Shown: positions 40,887 through 50,129, counted from the first letter of the stretch. The stretch is 64,000 nt of DNA from an uncultured Gammaproteobacteria bacterium (GCA_964592105.1 CAZQBL010000013.1:17706-81705); one strand, 5' to 3'. The notes: a model not told the origin generated them from the sequence alone. A program made the numbers and translations.

Positions 40887-40973
40887 TTGACTAAACAAAT
40901 TAAATTGTGTACTATAATGTTAGTATTAGTCATCTAATTGTAGATAAATTATTGTATTTTAATACTAATACTA
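40887..40973 (+). promoter_or_regulatory. Promoter and palindromic operator of HTH-hsdR operon
   Basis: TTGACT-N17-TACTAT; inverted repeats TAGTATTAGT/ACTAATACTA and ATCTA-N4-TAGAT. Confidence 0.6.
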
Positions 40974-40983
40974 TCATACCATA

Positions 40984-41196
40984 ATGTCAATGAAAAAAAC
41001 AACAATAGCAAAGAATATAAAGAAGTTGCGAAAGCAACGGGGTTTGTCGCAGGACAAATTGTCCAAATTGGCTAATATTTCCCATAATACGATCATAAAA
41101 ATTGAGTCCGGCGCCATACAAAGCCCGACAATGGACACGGCAAGCAAAATCGCCAAAGCCCTTGGCGTTTCGCTTGATGATTTAGTCAACAAATAA
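40984..41196 (+). CDS. Xre/Cro-family HTH regulator (controller-protein-like)
   Basis: NIKKLRKQRGLSQDKLSKLA...IIKIESG...PT.DT..KIAKALGVSLDDL. Confidence 0.93.
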   Translation: MSMKKTTIAKNIKKLRKQRGLSQDKLSKLANISHNTIIKIESGAIQSPTMDTASKIAKALGVSLDDLVNK

Positions 41197-41200
41197 AATT

Positions 41201-43705
41201 ATGCAAAAAGAAGCCAAGGCCAGAATAAAAATCAATGAGTTGCTTCAAAATGCCGGCTGGAGATTTTTTGATGATGAAAACGGAAAAGCAAATATTGTTT
41301 TGGAAAACAACGCCAAAATCACAAAGCAAGCCATTGATGAATTTGGCAACGATTTTGAAAAAACCAAAAAAGGATTTATTGATTTTTTATTGCTTGATGA
41401 CAAGGGATTTCCACTGGTAGTTTTAGAGGCAAAATCGGAAGACAAAGACCCGCTTGACGGCAAAGAGCAGGCCCGCCGTTATGCCCAATCTCAAAACGCT
41501 CGCTTTATTATACTTTCAAACGGCAATCTTCATTACTTTTGGGATTTGGAACGAGGCAATCCGGCAATTATTACTACTTTCCCAACTTATGAATCTTTGA
41601 AGCATTTGGAAACTTTCAAACCGAGCTTTTCAATTCTTTCAGAGGAAAAAGTTGAAAGCGATTATATTGTTCAAACGCAAAACCCGACTTATCAAAAAGA
41701 TCCTCGATGGATTGATGAAACGCAAAGAGCAGATTTTATCAAAGAGCAAGATTTGAAATTTTTGCGCCCCTATCAATTAGCTGCAGTTCATGCTTTGCAA
41801 AATTCGGCGAAGAAAGGAAATGACCGCTATCTTTTTGAAATGGCGACCGGAACAGGCAAGACACTTGTTTCAGCCGGTGTGATTAAACTTTTTTTGAAAA
41901 CAGGAAACGCTAAAAGAATTTTGTTTTTGGTTGACCGGTTAGAATTGGAAGACCAAGCGTACAAAAATTTCAAAAAAATCCTGCATAACGATTTTAACAG
42001 TGTGATTTACAAAGAAAATCGCGATGACTGGCGAAAGGCGGAAATTGTTGTTTCAACTGTGCAAAGTTTATCGTTTGACAATAAATACAAAAAACTTTTT
42101 TCGCCCACTGATTTTGACTTGATAATTTCTGATGAAGCCCATCGCTCCATTGGCGGAAACAGCCGCGCTGTTTTTGAGTATTTTGTCGGCTATAAATTAG
42201 GGCTTACGGCAACACCGAAAGATTATCTCAAAAACATTGACCCGCAAAAAATCAGCGAAAAAGACCCGCGAGCGTGGGAACGTCGCCAGCTTTTAGACAC
42301 TTACACAACTTTTGGCTGTCCTTCCGGCGAGCCGACTTTCCGTTATAGTTTGCTGGACGGCGTAAAAGACGGCTATCTTGTCAATCCGGTTGTCGCAGAC
42401 GCGAGAACTGAAATCACCACCGAGCTTTTATCCGAAAAAGGTTATGCCTTGATGGTTGAAAATGAGGAAGGCATAGAGGAAGAACAAACCTTTTTTCAAA
42501 AAGATTTCGAACGAAAGTTTTTTTCAGAAAAAACCAATCAGATTTTCTGCAAAACATTTTTGGAAAACGCGCTTAAAGACCCAATCAGCGACGAAATCGG
42601 CAAGAGCATTGTTTTTTGCGTCAACCAAAAACATGCTTCAAAAGTTACCCAAATCTTAAACCAGTTTGCTGATCAACTTTGGCCCGGCAAATATAATTCC
42701 GATTTTGCCGTGCAAGTTACCTCCAATATCAAAGACGCACAGCAATTTACTATCAATTTCGCAAACAACAACTTAAACGGCCAAACAAAATGGCTAGCGG
42801 GCTATAAATCCAGCAAAACCAGAGTTTGCGTAACTGTCGGCATGATGACGACCGGCTACGACTGCCAGGATATTTTGAATCTTTGTTTGATGCGTCCGAT
42901 TTTTTCACCGACTGATTTTATCCAAATTAAAGGACGAGGCACAAGAAAATATACATTTAAATACAAAGATGCTGATAGTGAAGAAATAATAGCAGAAAAA
43001 GAAACTTTTAAACTTTTTGATTTCTTTGCTAATTGTGAATATTTTGAAGAAAAATATAATTATGACCAAGTTTTGCAATTACCGATTAAAACTGGAACAC
43101 GAACGGAGGGCGGCGAAGGTGTTGATATTGACGAGGTGAGCATTTTTAATCCTGATCCGCTCAAAACTTTTTCGGAAAAAGCCGTCGGCCTTGCCGGCAT
43201 GAAAGTTGACTGGAAGCTGTTTGAAAAGTTTGAACAAACTGTAAAAAATGATCCAATAGTTAAGCAAAAATACGAACAAGGAGATATTCAAGGCGTTGAA
43301 GAATATGTCAAAGGGGAAATTTTTGAAAAGCCTGAGGATTACTTCAATCTGGAAAAGCTGCGCAAAGCAGTTAAGGCCGACCGACGCATCACACTTAGAG
43401 AATTTATTGAAAAAATTTTTGGCGGTATAAAGAAATTTAAAACCAAAGACGAGCTTTTGGAAGAAGAATTTGAAAAGTTTGTTGCGATTTACAAGCCAGA
43501 TAATAAATATGCACTGCTTATCAAAAATTATCTCAAGGCGTATATCACTGATCCGGAAATCCGCGACATTGTGGAAACCAAAGAATACAGCCGTTTTGCC
43601 ACTAATCCAAAAGTTACGATGAAAGACTTTCGCGACCTAAACGGCTGGCGAGAAGTTGTGCCGGAATACGTCAAAGATTATGTGTCGCTTAATACTTTTA
43701 TGTAA
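41201..43705 (+). CDS. hsdR: Type I restriction enzyme R subunit (EcoEI-like)
   Basis: EAKAR.KI..LL..AGW, D..L..VLEAK, QARRYA nuclease motifs; MATGTGKT, DEAH, GLTATP, TTGYD, QIKGRGTR. Confidence 0.93.
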   Translation: MQKEAKARIKINELLQNAGWRFFDDENGKANIVLENNAKITKQAIDEFGNDFEKTKKGFIDFLLLDDKGFPLVVLEAKSEDKDPLDGKEQARRYAQSQNARFIILSNGNLHYFWDLERGNPAIITTFPTYESLKHLETFKPSFSILSEEKVESDYIVQTQNPTYQKDPRWIDETQRADFIKEQDLKFLRPYQLAAVHALQNSAKKGNDRYLFEMATGTGKTLVSAGVIKLFLKTGNAKRILFLVDRLELEDQAYKNFKKILHNDFNSVIYKENRDDWRKAEIVVSTVQSLSFDNKYKKLFSPTDFDLIISDEAHRSIGGNSRAVFEYFVGYKLGLTATPKDYLKNIDPQKISEKDPRAWERRQLLDTYTTFGCPSGEPTFRYSLLDGVKDGYLVNPVVADARTEITTELLSEKGYALMVENEEGIEEEQTFFQKDFERKFFSEKTNQIFCKTFLENALKDPISDEIGKSIVFCVNQKHASKVTQILNQFADQLWPGKYNSDFAVQVTSNIKDAQQFTINFANNNLNGQTKWLAGYKSSKTRVCVTVGMMTTGYDCQDILNLCLMRPIFSPTDFIQIKGRGTRKYTFKYKDADSEEIIAEKETFKLFDFFANCEYFEEKYNYDQVLQLPIKTGTRTEGGEGVDIDEVSIFNPDPLKTFSEKAVGLAGMKVDWKLFEKFEQTVKNDPIVKQKYEQGDIQGVEEYVKGEIFEKPEDYFNLEKLRKAVKADRRITLREFIEKIFGGIKKFKTKDELLEEEFEKFVAIYKPDNKYALLIKNYLKAYITDPEIRDIVETKEYSRFATNPKVTMKDFRDLNGWREVVPEYVKDYVSLNTFM

Positions 43706-43736
43706 GTTAGTATGAAAATTATCTAACGGACTAAAT

Positions 43737-46181
43737 ATGCTCACTCAAGAAACCAAAAGAAAAATTGACTCCGCCCGCGATATTTTGGTCGGCAAAGTGC
43801 CGGACCCCAAAGCGCAAGTTGAGCAAATCACCACCGCTTTAATTTACAAGTTTATGGACGATATGGACAAAGAAGCGCAGGAGCTTGGCGGCAAAGCGCG
43901 CTTTTTTACCAACGGCTACGAAAAATACGCGTGGACAAAATTGATGGACGCCAAACTTGGCGGACACGAGCGTCTTGATTTATATCTTGAAGCGATTACT
44001 TTTTTATCTCGCAATCCGCATATCCCCCAGCTTTTCCGCGACATTTTCAAAGACGCATTTTTGCCGTATCGCGACTCCGAAACTCTGAATTTATTTTTGA
44101 AAGAAATTAACGGATTTACTTATGACCATAGCGAAGATTTAGGCGATGCTTTTGAATATCTGCTTTCAATTCTTGGCTCACAAGGCGACGCTGGACAATT
44201 CCGCACGCCACGCCATATTATTGATTTTATTGTGGCGGCGGTTGCTCCGAAAAAAGACGAAACAATATGCGACCCCGCTTGCGGAACGGCTGGATTTTTA
44301 ATTTCTGCCTATAAGCATATTCTGAAAACAAATAAAGAAAAACCCTTGACTCCGGACGAGCGGAAAAAATTGATGGATCATTTTGTCGGCTATGATATTT
44401 CGCCTGATATGGTGCGGCTTTCCAAAGTCAATTTATATCTGCACGGTTTTCCAAACCCAACCATTTTTGAATACGATACACTCACGAGCGAAGAAAAATG
44501 GGAAGACAATTTTGACGTGATGCTGGCCAATCCGCCGTTCATGTCGCCCAAAGGCGGCATCCGCCCGCATAAGAGGTTTTCGGTGCAAGCCAATCGCGCG
44601 GAAGTCCTGTTTGTTGATTATATTTTAGAACATCTAAAACCCAACGGCCGAGCCGGCATTATCGTGCCGGAAGGGATAATTTTTCAATCTGCCAATGCTT
44701 ACAAACAATTGCGTAAAAACTTGATTGAAGACGGCCTTTTTGCCGTTGTCTCTCTGCCGCCGGGCGTCTTTCAGCCGTATTCAGGAGTAAAGACTAGCGT
44801 TTTGCTTTTTGATAATGCTTTAGCTAAGAAAACAAAAGACCTTTTATTTTTGAAAATTAAAAACGACGGCTATGACCTTGGCGCGCAAAGGCGGGAAATA
44901 GATAAAAATGATTTGCCGTTAGCGTTAGAAATAATCAAAAAATACAAAAACGCATTAAAAGAAAGCAATGAATTTAAATTGAACGAGAAGCAGGCAAAAA
45001 TCGCTCATCTTGTTGCCAAAGAAAAAATTGCTCAAAGTGGTGATTATAATCTTTCTGGAGATAGATACATAGAAACTGTGAATTTCGTCAATCAAAAATG
45101 GCCATTGGTGGAGTTGCAAAAAGTTACTAAGATTGATTGGGGTAACACTGAACTAACGAAGAAATCTTATATTAAGAATGGTGAATTTCTCGGTGTGAGC
45201 GCTACCGGCGCTGATGGTCGAATTAATCATTTTGAGCACGAAGTTGGTGTTACTGTTCTGTCTGCAATCGGCGCAAATTGTGGTAAGGTATTTTATCCGA
45301 CCGAAAAATTTACTGCTATAAAAAATACAATCACTATTACGCCTGATAGTAAGAAATTGAAGCCAAAATTTCTGTTCTACATAATGAAAAGTAATACCTT
45401 GCCTAAACGAGGTGGCGGTCAACCTTTTATGTCAAAAGGTGATGTTGAAAAGTATAAAATCCCCCTTCCGCCGCTTGAAGTTCAAAAAGAAATCGTTGAG
45501 CAAATTGAAGTAAAACAAAAAGCCATTGAAGCCGCCAAAGCGGTAATTGAAAATCTTGAGAGAGAGAGACGCTATTTTGGCCAGTCACTTAGGAAATTAG
45601 AAGATGTTGAGTGGGTAGAGTTAGAAAAAGTTGCTAACTTTTTTGAAGATGGTAATTGGATTGAGAGCAAGGATCAAGCAGACAACGGTATAAGACTTAT
45701 TCAAACTGGAAATATCGGCATAGGCGAGTATTTAGATAAAGCAGAAAAATCGCGCTTCGTTTCCGAAAATACATTCAAGAAATTAAAGTGTACAGAAATT
45801 TTTGAAGGTGATATTTTAATTTCGCGATTACCCGATCCAGTTGGTCGTGCTTGTTTGCTACCAAAATTAGAAACAAGAGCGATCACAGCAGTTGATTGTA
45901 CTATTGTTAGATTTGACAATAAAAAAGTTATTCCGAAATTCTTCCTATTATATTCAATGACTGGTGATTATTTTAGTAGTCTTGCTCAATACTTAACCGG
46001 TGCAAGTAGGCAAAGGATAAGTCGTCTTAATTTAGGAAAGGTTAAAATCCCACTCCCACAGCTTGAAGTCCAAAAACAGCTGGTTGCAGATATGGAAGAG
46101 CAGGAAAAAATCATTGAGGTGAATAAAAAATTGATAAAGATATTGGAGCAAAAAATTTCTGATGTTTTAAGAGAAATATAG
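43737..46181 (+). CDS. Type I R-M N6-adenine methyltransferase fused to two-TRD specificity subunit (HsdM-HsdS)
   Basis: GQFRTPRHI, DPACGTAGFL, NPPF; two TRDs each followed by KIPLP.LEVQK conserved helix. Confidence 0.93.
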   Translation: MLTQETKRKIDSARDILVGKVPDPKAQVEQITTALIYKFMDDMDKEAQELGGKARFFTNGYEKYAWTKLMDAKLGGHERLDLYLEAITFLSRNPHIPQLFRDIFKDAFLPYRDSETLNLFLKEINGFTYDHSEDLGDAFEYLLSILGSQGDAGQFRTPRHIIDFIVAAVAPKKDETICDPACGTAGFLISAYKHILKTNKEKPLTPDERKKLMDHFVGYDISPDMVRLSKVNLYLHGFPNPTIFEYDTLTSEEKWEDNFDVMLANPPFMSPKGGIRPHKRFSVQANRAEVLFVDYILEHLKPNGRAGIIVPEGIIFQSANAYKQLRKNLIEDGLFAVVSLPPGVFQPYSGVKTSVLLFDNALAKKTKDLLFLKIKNDGYDLGAQRREIDKNDLPLALEIIKKYKNALKESNEFKLNEKQAKIAHLVAKEKIAQSGDYNLSGDRYIETVNFVNQKWPLVELQKVTKIDWGNTELTKKSYIKNGEFLGVSATGADGRINHFEHEVGVTVLSAIGANCGKVFYPTEKFTAIKNTITITPDSKKLKPKFLFYIMKSNTLPKRGGGQPFMSKGDVEKYKIPLPPLEVQKEIVEQIEVKQKAIEAAKAVIENLERERRYFGQSLRKLEDVEWVELEKVANFFEDGNWIESKDQADNGIRLIQTGNIGIGEYLDKAEKSRFVSENTFKKLKCTEIFEGDILISRLPDPVGRACLLPKLETRAITAVDCTIVRFDNKKVIPKFFLLYSMTGDYFSSLAQYLTGASRQRISRLNLGKVKIPLPQLEVQKQLVADMEEQEKIIEVNKKLIKILEQKISDVLREI
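45558..45569 (+). repeat. (GA)6 simple sequence repeat in the inter-TRD linker
   Basis: GAGAGAGAGAGA encoding ERER. Confidence 0.9.
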
Positions 46182-46183
46182 TT

Positions 46184-47914
46184 ATGTTTATCAAATCCCT
46201 TACAATCAAAAATTTTCGCTGTTTCGGAAAAGGAACGGACGAAAAAGGCACAACAATAAACTTAAATAATGGCTTAACCGCTTTTATCGGCAGAAACGGA
46301 AGCGGCAAAACTGCTATTTTGGAAGCGTTGAATTTTTTAATCGGCTCGGATTATTTGCCGACAAAAATTAATGAGAAAGATTTTAACAGTGACGCAAAAG
46401 ATATAAAAGACGAGATTGTAATTGAGGGCGAGACGGAAAAGCCGTTTTTTGCAACACTTGATGTTCGCTCAAACACCAATCAGCTTGAAACAATTATTAT
46501 TCCCTGCAATAAAATCAAGCTCACGATTAAGCGGCGAGAAAAACCGGAAAAGGTTTTAGACGATCCTTTTATCATCAATAAGTATGTTTTGCCGATTGTT
46601 GGCGATATTGATGAGAGTATTTTTGAAGAAGATGAAAAAGCGCGCAAAGCCTCTAGGATTGACCAAATCAAAGAAGGTTATACCGTTTTTTACAAACTTA
46701 AAGACGGGCAAGAGCGTAATGCCAAAGTAATAAGTTATCAGCTTACTTACAATCCAAATCGCCTGACAAAATGTCCAAAATCTTACTATCTCTCAAAGGA
46801 CAGAGACGATGATGTTGCCGGCAATTATTCTCTTATCGCGAAAATTTTAACCGACCTGCATTGGAAGTATAAGAAAAAGCAGGCAGGCGGCGAAAATACG
46901 ATTTCCTGCGAATATAACACGCTTGCCGGATCGTTACGGGGCATTGTGGACGAAAAGAGCATATTGATTAACAGAATAAACGAAAAAGTAAAAGCGATTT
47001 GTTGCGATGACAAAAATTTTCAGATTGATTTTATTGATATTGACCAACCTTACAAATCAGCTTTTGTCGCAAAAAAGGAAGGCAAAAAATTGCTTTTGCC
47101 TGACAATCTTGGCTCTGGTTTTAACATCTTGATTGCTTACGCTCTTTTTGCGTATGTCGCCGACCAAGAGAAAATCCCTATTGTTTTGATTATTGACGAG
47201 CCGGAACTGCATATGCATAGCGACTGGCAAAAGAAAATGTATGAGGTTTTTACCAAACAAACCGATCTGCAATTCGTTTATTCCACCCAATCTGAAAATT
47301 TTATTTCGTTGAAAAACTGGAAACAAATCCGTTCAATTTCAGATTTTCAAGTTTTTCCAAAAAAGGAGATTTTACAAGAGCAGATCACCGCAACAGATGG
47401 ACAAAATGGAACAAGGGCGGATTATCTTGATGATTACGCAACAAAAAATTTGCATATCAGTACAATATTGCGCGAAAATCTTGAGTTATTTTTTGCCAAA
47501 AAATGCGTTTTGGTCGAAGGCCCGTCGGAAAAATATGGCTTGCCGAAACTTTTGAAACTTTCCAGCTGTGATGTTGATAATTTTTCTGTTTCAATAATTC
47601 CGGCGTGGGGCAAAACGAAAATCAAAAATTATCAAATGATTTGTAAAGTTTTTGGCATAGATTACTTTACGATTTATGACAATGATAAAGCGGAAGACGA
47701 TGAACCGACAAACGAAAACACAGCGATTGAAAATAACGCCGAAAATGGAAAGAAGACAAGATTTTCAACAAGTTTTGAGGCAAAACTGGGAGTAACCGGG
47801 GAGAGTAAATTTCAAAAGTTGGTGAAAAAGATTGATGAGATAACCGATACAAACTCTTTGGATCAAGAAATTAAAACTTGTTTGAGCAACCTAAAAACCT
47901 TTATTGAAAGCTAA
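46184..47914 (+). CDS. OLD-family ATP-dependent nuclease (ABC ATPase + TOPRIM)
   Basis: IKNFRCF, GRNGSGKT, IIDEPELHMH, STQS, CVLVEGPSE, YDND. Confidence 0.9.
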   Translation: MFIKSLTIKNFRCFGKGTDEKGTTINLNNGLTAFIGRNGSGKTAILEALNFLIGSDYLPTKINEKDFNSDAKDIKDEIVIEGETEKPFFATLDVRSNTNQLETIIIPCNKIKLTIKRREKPEKVLDDPFIINKYVLPIVGDIDESIFEEDEKARKASRIDQIKEGYTVFYKLKDGQERNAKVISYQLTYNPNRLTKCPKSYYLSKDRDDDVAGNYSLIAKILTDLHWKYKKKQAGGENTISCEYNTLAGSLRGIVDEKSILINRINEKVKAICCDDKNFQIDFIDIDQPYKSAFVAKKEGKKLLLPDNLGSGFNILIAYALFAYVADQEKIPIVLIIDEPELHMHSDWQKKMYEVFTKQTDLQFVYSTQSENFISLKNWKQIRSISDFQVFPKKEILQEQITATDGQNGTRADYLDDYATKNLHISTILRENLELFFAKKCVLVEGPSEKYGLPKLLKLSSCDVDNFSVSIIPAWGKTKIKNYQMICKVFGIDYFTIYDNDKAEDDEPTNENTAIENNAENGKKTRFSTSFEAKLGVTGESKFQKLVKKIDEITDTNSLDQEIKTCLSNLKTFIES

Positions 47915-48019
47915 ATTTTGATAGAATGATAGCTAGCTGAACCCACCCACTGTCCAATTTAAAGTCCCGCCGCCGTCCGAAAAAACGCTTTCGGGTTTCC
48001 AGCAGGCGGGCAAAAAGGA

Positions 48020-48049
48020 AGGGGGTCTGGAGGAAGGAATTTTTGCCCG
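48020..48049 (-). repeat. Right sub-terminal inverted repeat of island
   Basis: GGAAGGAATTTTTGCCCG; embedded in the hairpin GGCGGGCAAAAA/TTTTTGCCCGCC (48005-48051). Confidence 0.85.
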
Positions 48050-48231
48050 CCCGCCGTTTCTGGGTGGGGGTGGGTGTGCGCCGCCGAAGGCGACGCACAA
48101 GTCAGTCAAAGTTTTGCTCAAAATAGGTTCGCACCTCGTCCAATAATTGCGACCAAGTTAAACATTGCGAAATTGAAAAACTTTACTTATTTTATTATAT
48201 TATAGAAATATTACAAAATTTTACCAATACG

Positions 48232-48258
48232 AAACCCGCTTATAATTTAGCGGGTTTT
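48232..48258. terminator. Bidirectional-type hairpin terminator
   Basis: AAACCCGCT/AGCGGGTTT; a second hairpin TACCGCC/GGCGGTA follows. Confidence 0.6.
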
Positions 48259-48317
48259 AAAAAATTATAAAAAATACCGCCCGTAAAATTAACAGGCGGT
48301 AAATTAGCTGAAATGAA

Positions 48318-48503
48318 CTATTTATCCAGTACTACCTCCACTTTGAAATTGCAAGAATTTGCCCCTGAACATCGTAATTCAACTTTGTTGCCAGCCATTG
48401 GGTCGTGATACGCCAACACGTACTCTATCACGCCTTTTTGGCACTTGGGACAAATTCTTCCCACGAACTTCCTGGCTTTGACTGCGCTCATTTGACTACA
48501 CAT
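48318..48503 (-). CDS. Small Zn-ribbon-like protein
   Basis: CPKC...CSGANSC; AAGGAGG SD. Confidence 0.7.
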   Translation of the reverse strand: MCSQMSAVKARKFVGRICPKCQKGVIEYVLAYHDPMAGNKVELRCSGANSCNFKVEVVLDK

Positions 48504-48789
48504 TGCTGGCCTCCTTATCTAATGTTTATTTGGATAAAAATGTACGAAAATACAAAAAAACTAGCCGCATGATGGCTAGTCGGTGTCTTACTAAAAAACT
48601 ACTGGCTAACCATCAGGCAGCTAGATAATAATAATGGCCAAAATAAGCCCTGATTTGGGAAAATTTTCCATTCCTATTTTATTTTGGGGCTTATTTTCAT
48701 CCATATTACATATTAATTATAAACAAATAAAATAATAAGTCAAAAAAATACCCATGAAATAGCATCCATGGGTATTTAAAGAGCAAAAA

Positions 48790-49461
48790 TTAATATTTAC
48801 GCAGACGAAACGTCTCGAAATAGGGCAGATAGTAGTCGTCAAGACACATTTTTATGTCGTAATTATCGACGCCCGTCTCTGGTGTTTGTTGATAAATTCG
48901 TACGTCCGTGTTACCCAACAGCAATCTAACCCACCAGCTGGTCGAATACCACTTCAACATCGGGGCAAGCTGATTGATGCTTTCGTTATGCCTACCAAAT
49001 AAAAGCTCAACATGTAGTCGTCATCATCTGTTCCGCAGTCATCACCAGGAGCATCCATATAGCAATTCGGTCCGACTTCATAAAGTAAACCGCTTTGCGT
49101 ATCACGTTGCTCGACTATTTCATGCAACCAATATTGAGTCCAGTAAACCCCCACAGTCAGGCAAAGAAAGCAATAAAGGCGGCGGATCGACAGGTTTTAC
49201 GTCAAACGGGTAGATTTTCTTCCCAACTATATCTTGCCTAACTAAGTCCTGTAACTCTTCGGAAAGAGAGTAGAAATAGACAGTATCACTTTTCAGTAGG
49301 CGATCCACCGCATAAGAAACTTTTTCTGCGGCCGTTTTTGAATCGGCCGTTGAAGCAACAAGGTTGCTGTCGTTATCTTTGTTATTACATCCGATGAATA
49401 TAATAACAAAAGTTGACAGAAATAAACCAAAAACTGCTTTCGCGTGCTGAAACACGGCCAA
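48790..49461 (-). pseudogene. Frameshifted secreted lipoprotein gene
   Basis: Lipobox-like IFIGC; reading continues by frameshift at a G5 run (~49150) and near 48997 to ...FETFRLRKY* at 48790. Confidence 0.65.
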
Positions 49462-49569
49462 TCCTCCAATAATTTTTGTTTAAAAACGTTTCACGCATTA
49501 CCTCCAACAAATTTTTCCTTTCACCTCCTTTCATTTACTGTCAAATCAAAGAACAACAAAAAATAATAA

Positions 49570-50082
49570 TCACATATCCCAGCCTGTATATCCCGTATCG
49601 CCAAAAACAGATTCAGCTTCGGACAAATTATCTTCTGTCGAGTATTCTGGGTATAATCCTGACTGGGTAATAACAATTATTATCAAATTCTGATCGGCTT
49701 TTGAAAGATTATTAAAACTTTCGAGCTCTTTTCGTTTAATCAAGTCGTCGGCAATTGCGCTCACCTGCTGATCCGTCAACGTGGTCTTCAGAAGTGATAA
49801 AGACTCCGAATCTAAATTAATTTTCCTTTCAACAATTTTGTCTACTACAAAATCACGATCTGCTTTTGCCAATAAATAAAACTCGGTCGCATTATTTTTT
49901 AAAAGTTGATCGATAACCTTTTGAGCACTTTCATCAGACAAAGTAATATCACTAGACGCATTCTGGTTAAAACGGTAATAAGCACTTACGGATAAAAAAA
50001 CTACAATAATTACCAAAATTAGTGTCCACAATTTTCGAGGATTCCCTTGTTTTATAACATTTTTAAACTTGTTTGAGCTCAT
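49570..50082 (-). CDS. Membrane-anchored hypothetical protein with duplicated helical module
   Basis: Single TM; two D.L.K...F..L.KAD repeats. Confidence 0.7.
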   Translation of the reverse strand: MSSNKFKNVIKQGNPRKLWTLILVIIVVFLSVSAYYRFNQNASSDITLSDESAQKVIDQLLKNNATEFYLLAKADRDFVVDKIVERKINLDSESLSLLKTTLTDQQVSAIADDLIKRKELESFNNLSKADQNLIIIVITQSGLYPEYSTEDNLSEAESVFGDTGYTGWDM

Positions 50083-50129
50083 ATTTGATAATTCAATTAT
50101 AAACATCACCGTAAATTTATCAAAAAAAC

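Larger units (their letters stand above)
40648..48160 (+). mobile_element. tRNA-Pro-integrated defence island without integrase
   Basis: Direct repeat CGACCAAGTTA at 40648-40658 (tRNA 3' end) and 48150-48160; inverted repeats at 40723-40752 and 48020-48049; plus-strand R-M/OLD cargo against a minus-strand background. Confidence 0.8.

Noticed and set aside
40605-40937. Several ORFs overlapping the tRNA and island left end
   Set aside because: Products of GC-rich structured non-coding sequence
46184-47914. Gabija or retron system
   Set aside because: No GajB helicase or reverse transcriptase adjacent
47901-48121. ORFs at island right end, considered as integrase remnant
   Set aside because: No tyrosine or serine recombinase motifs; they coincide with terminal hairpins
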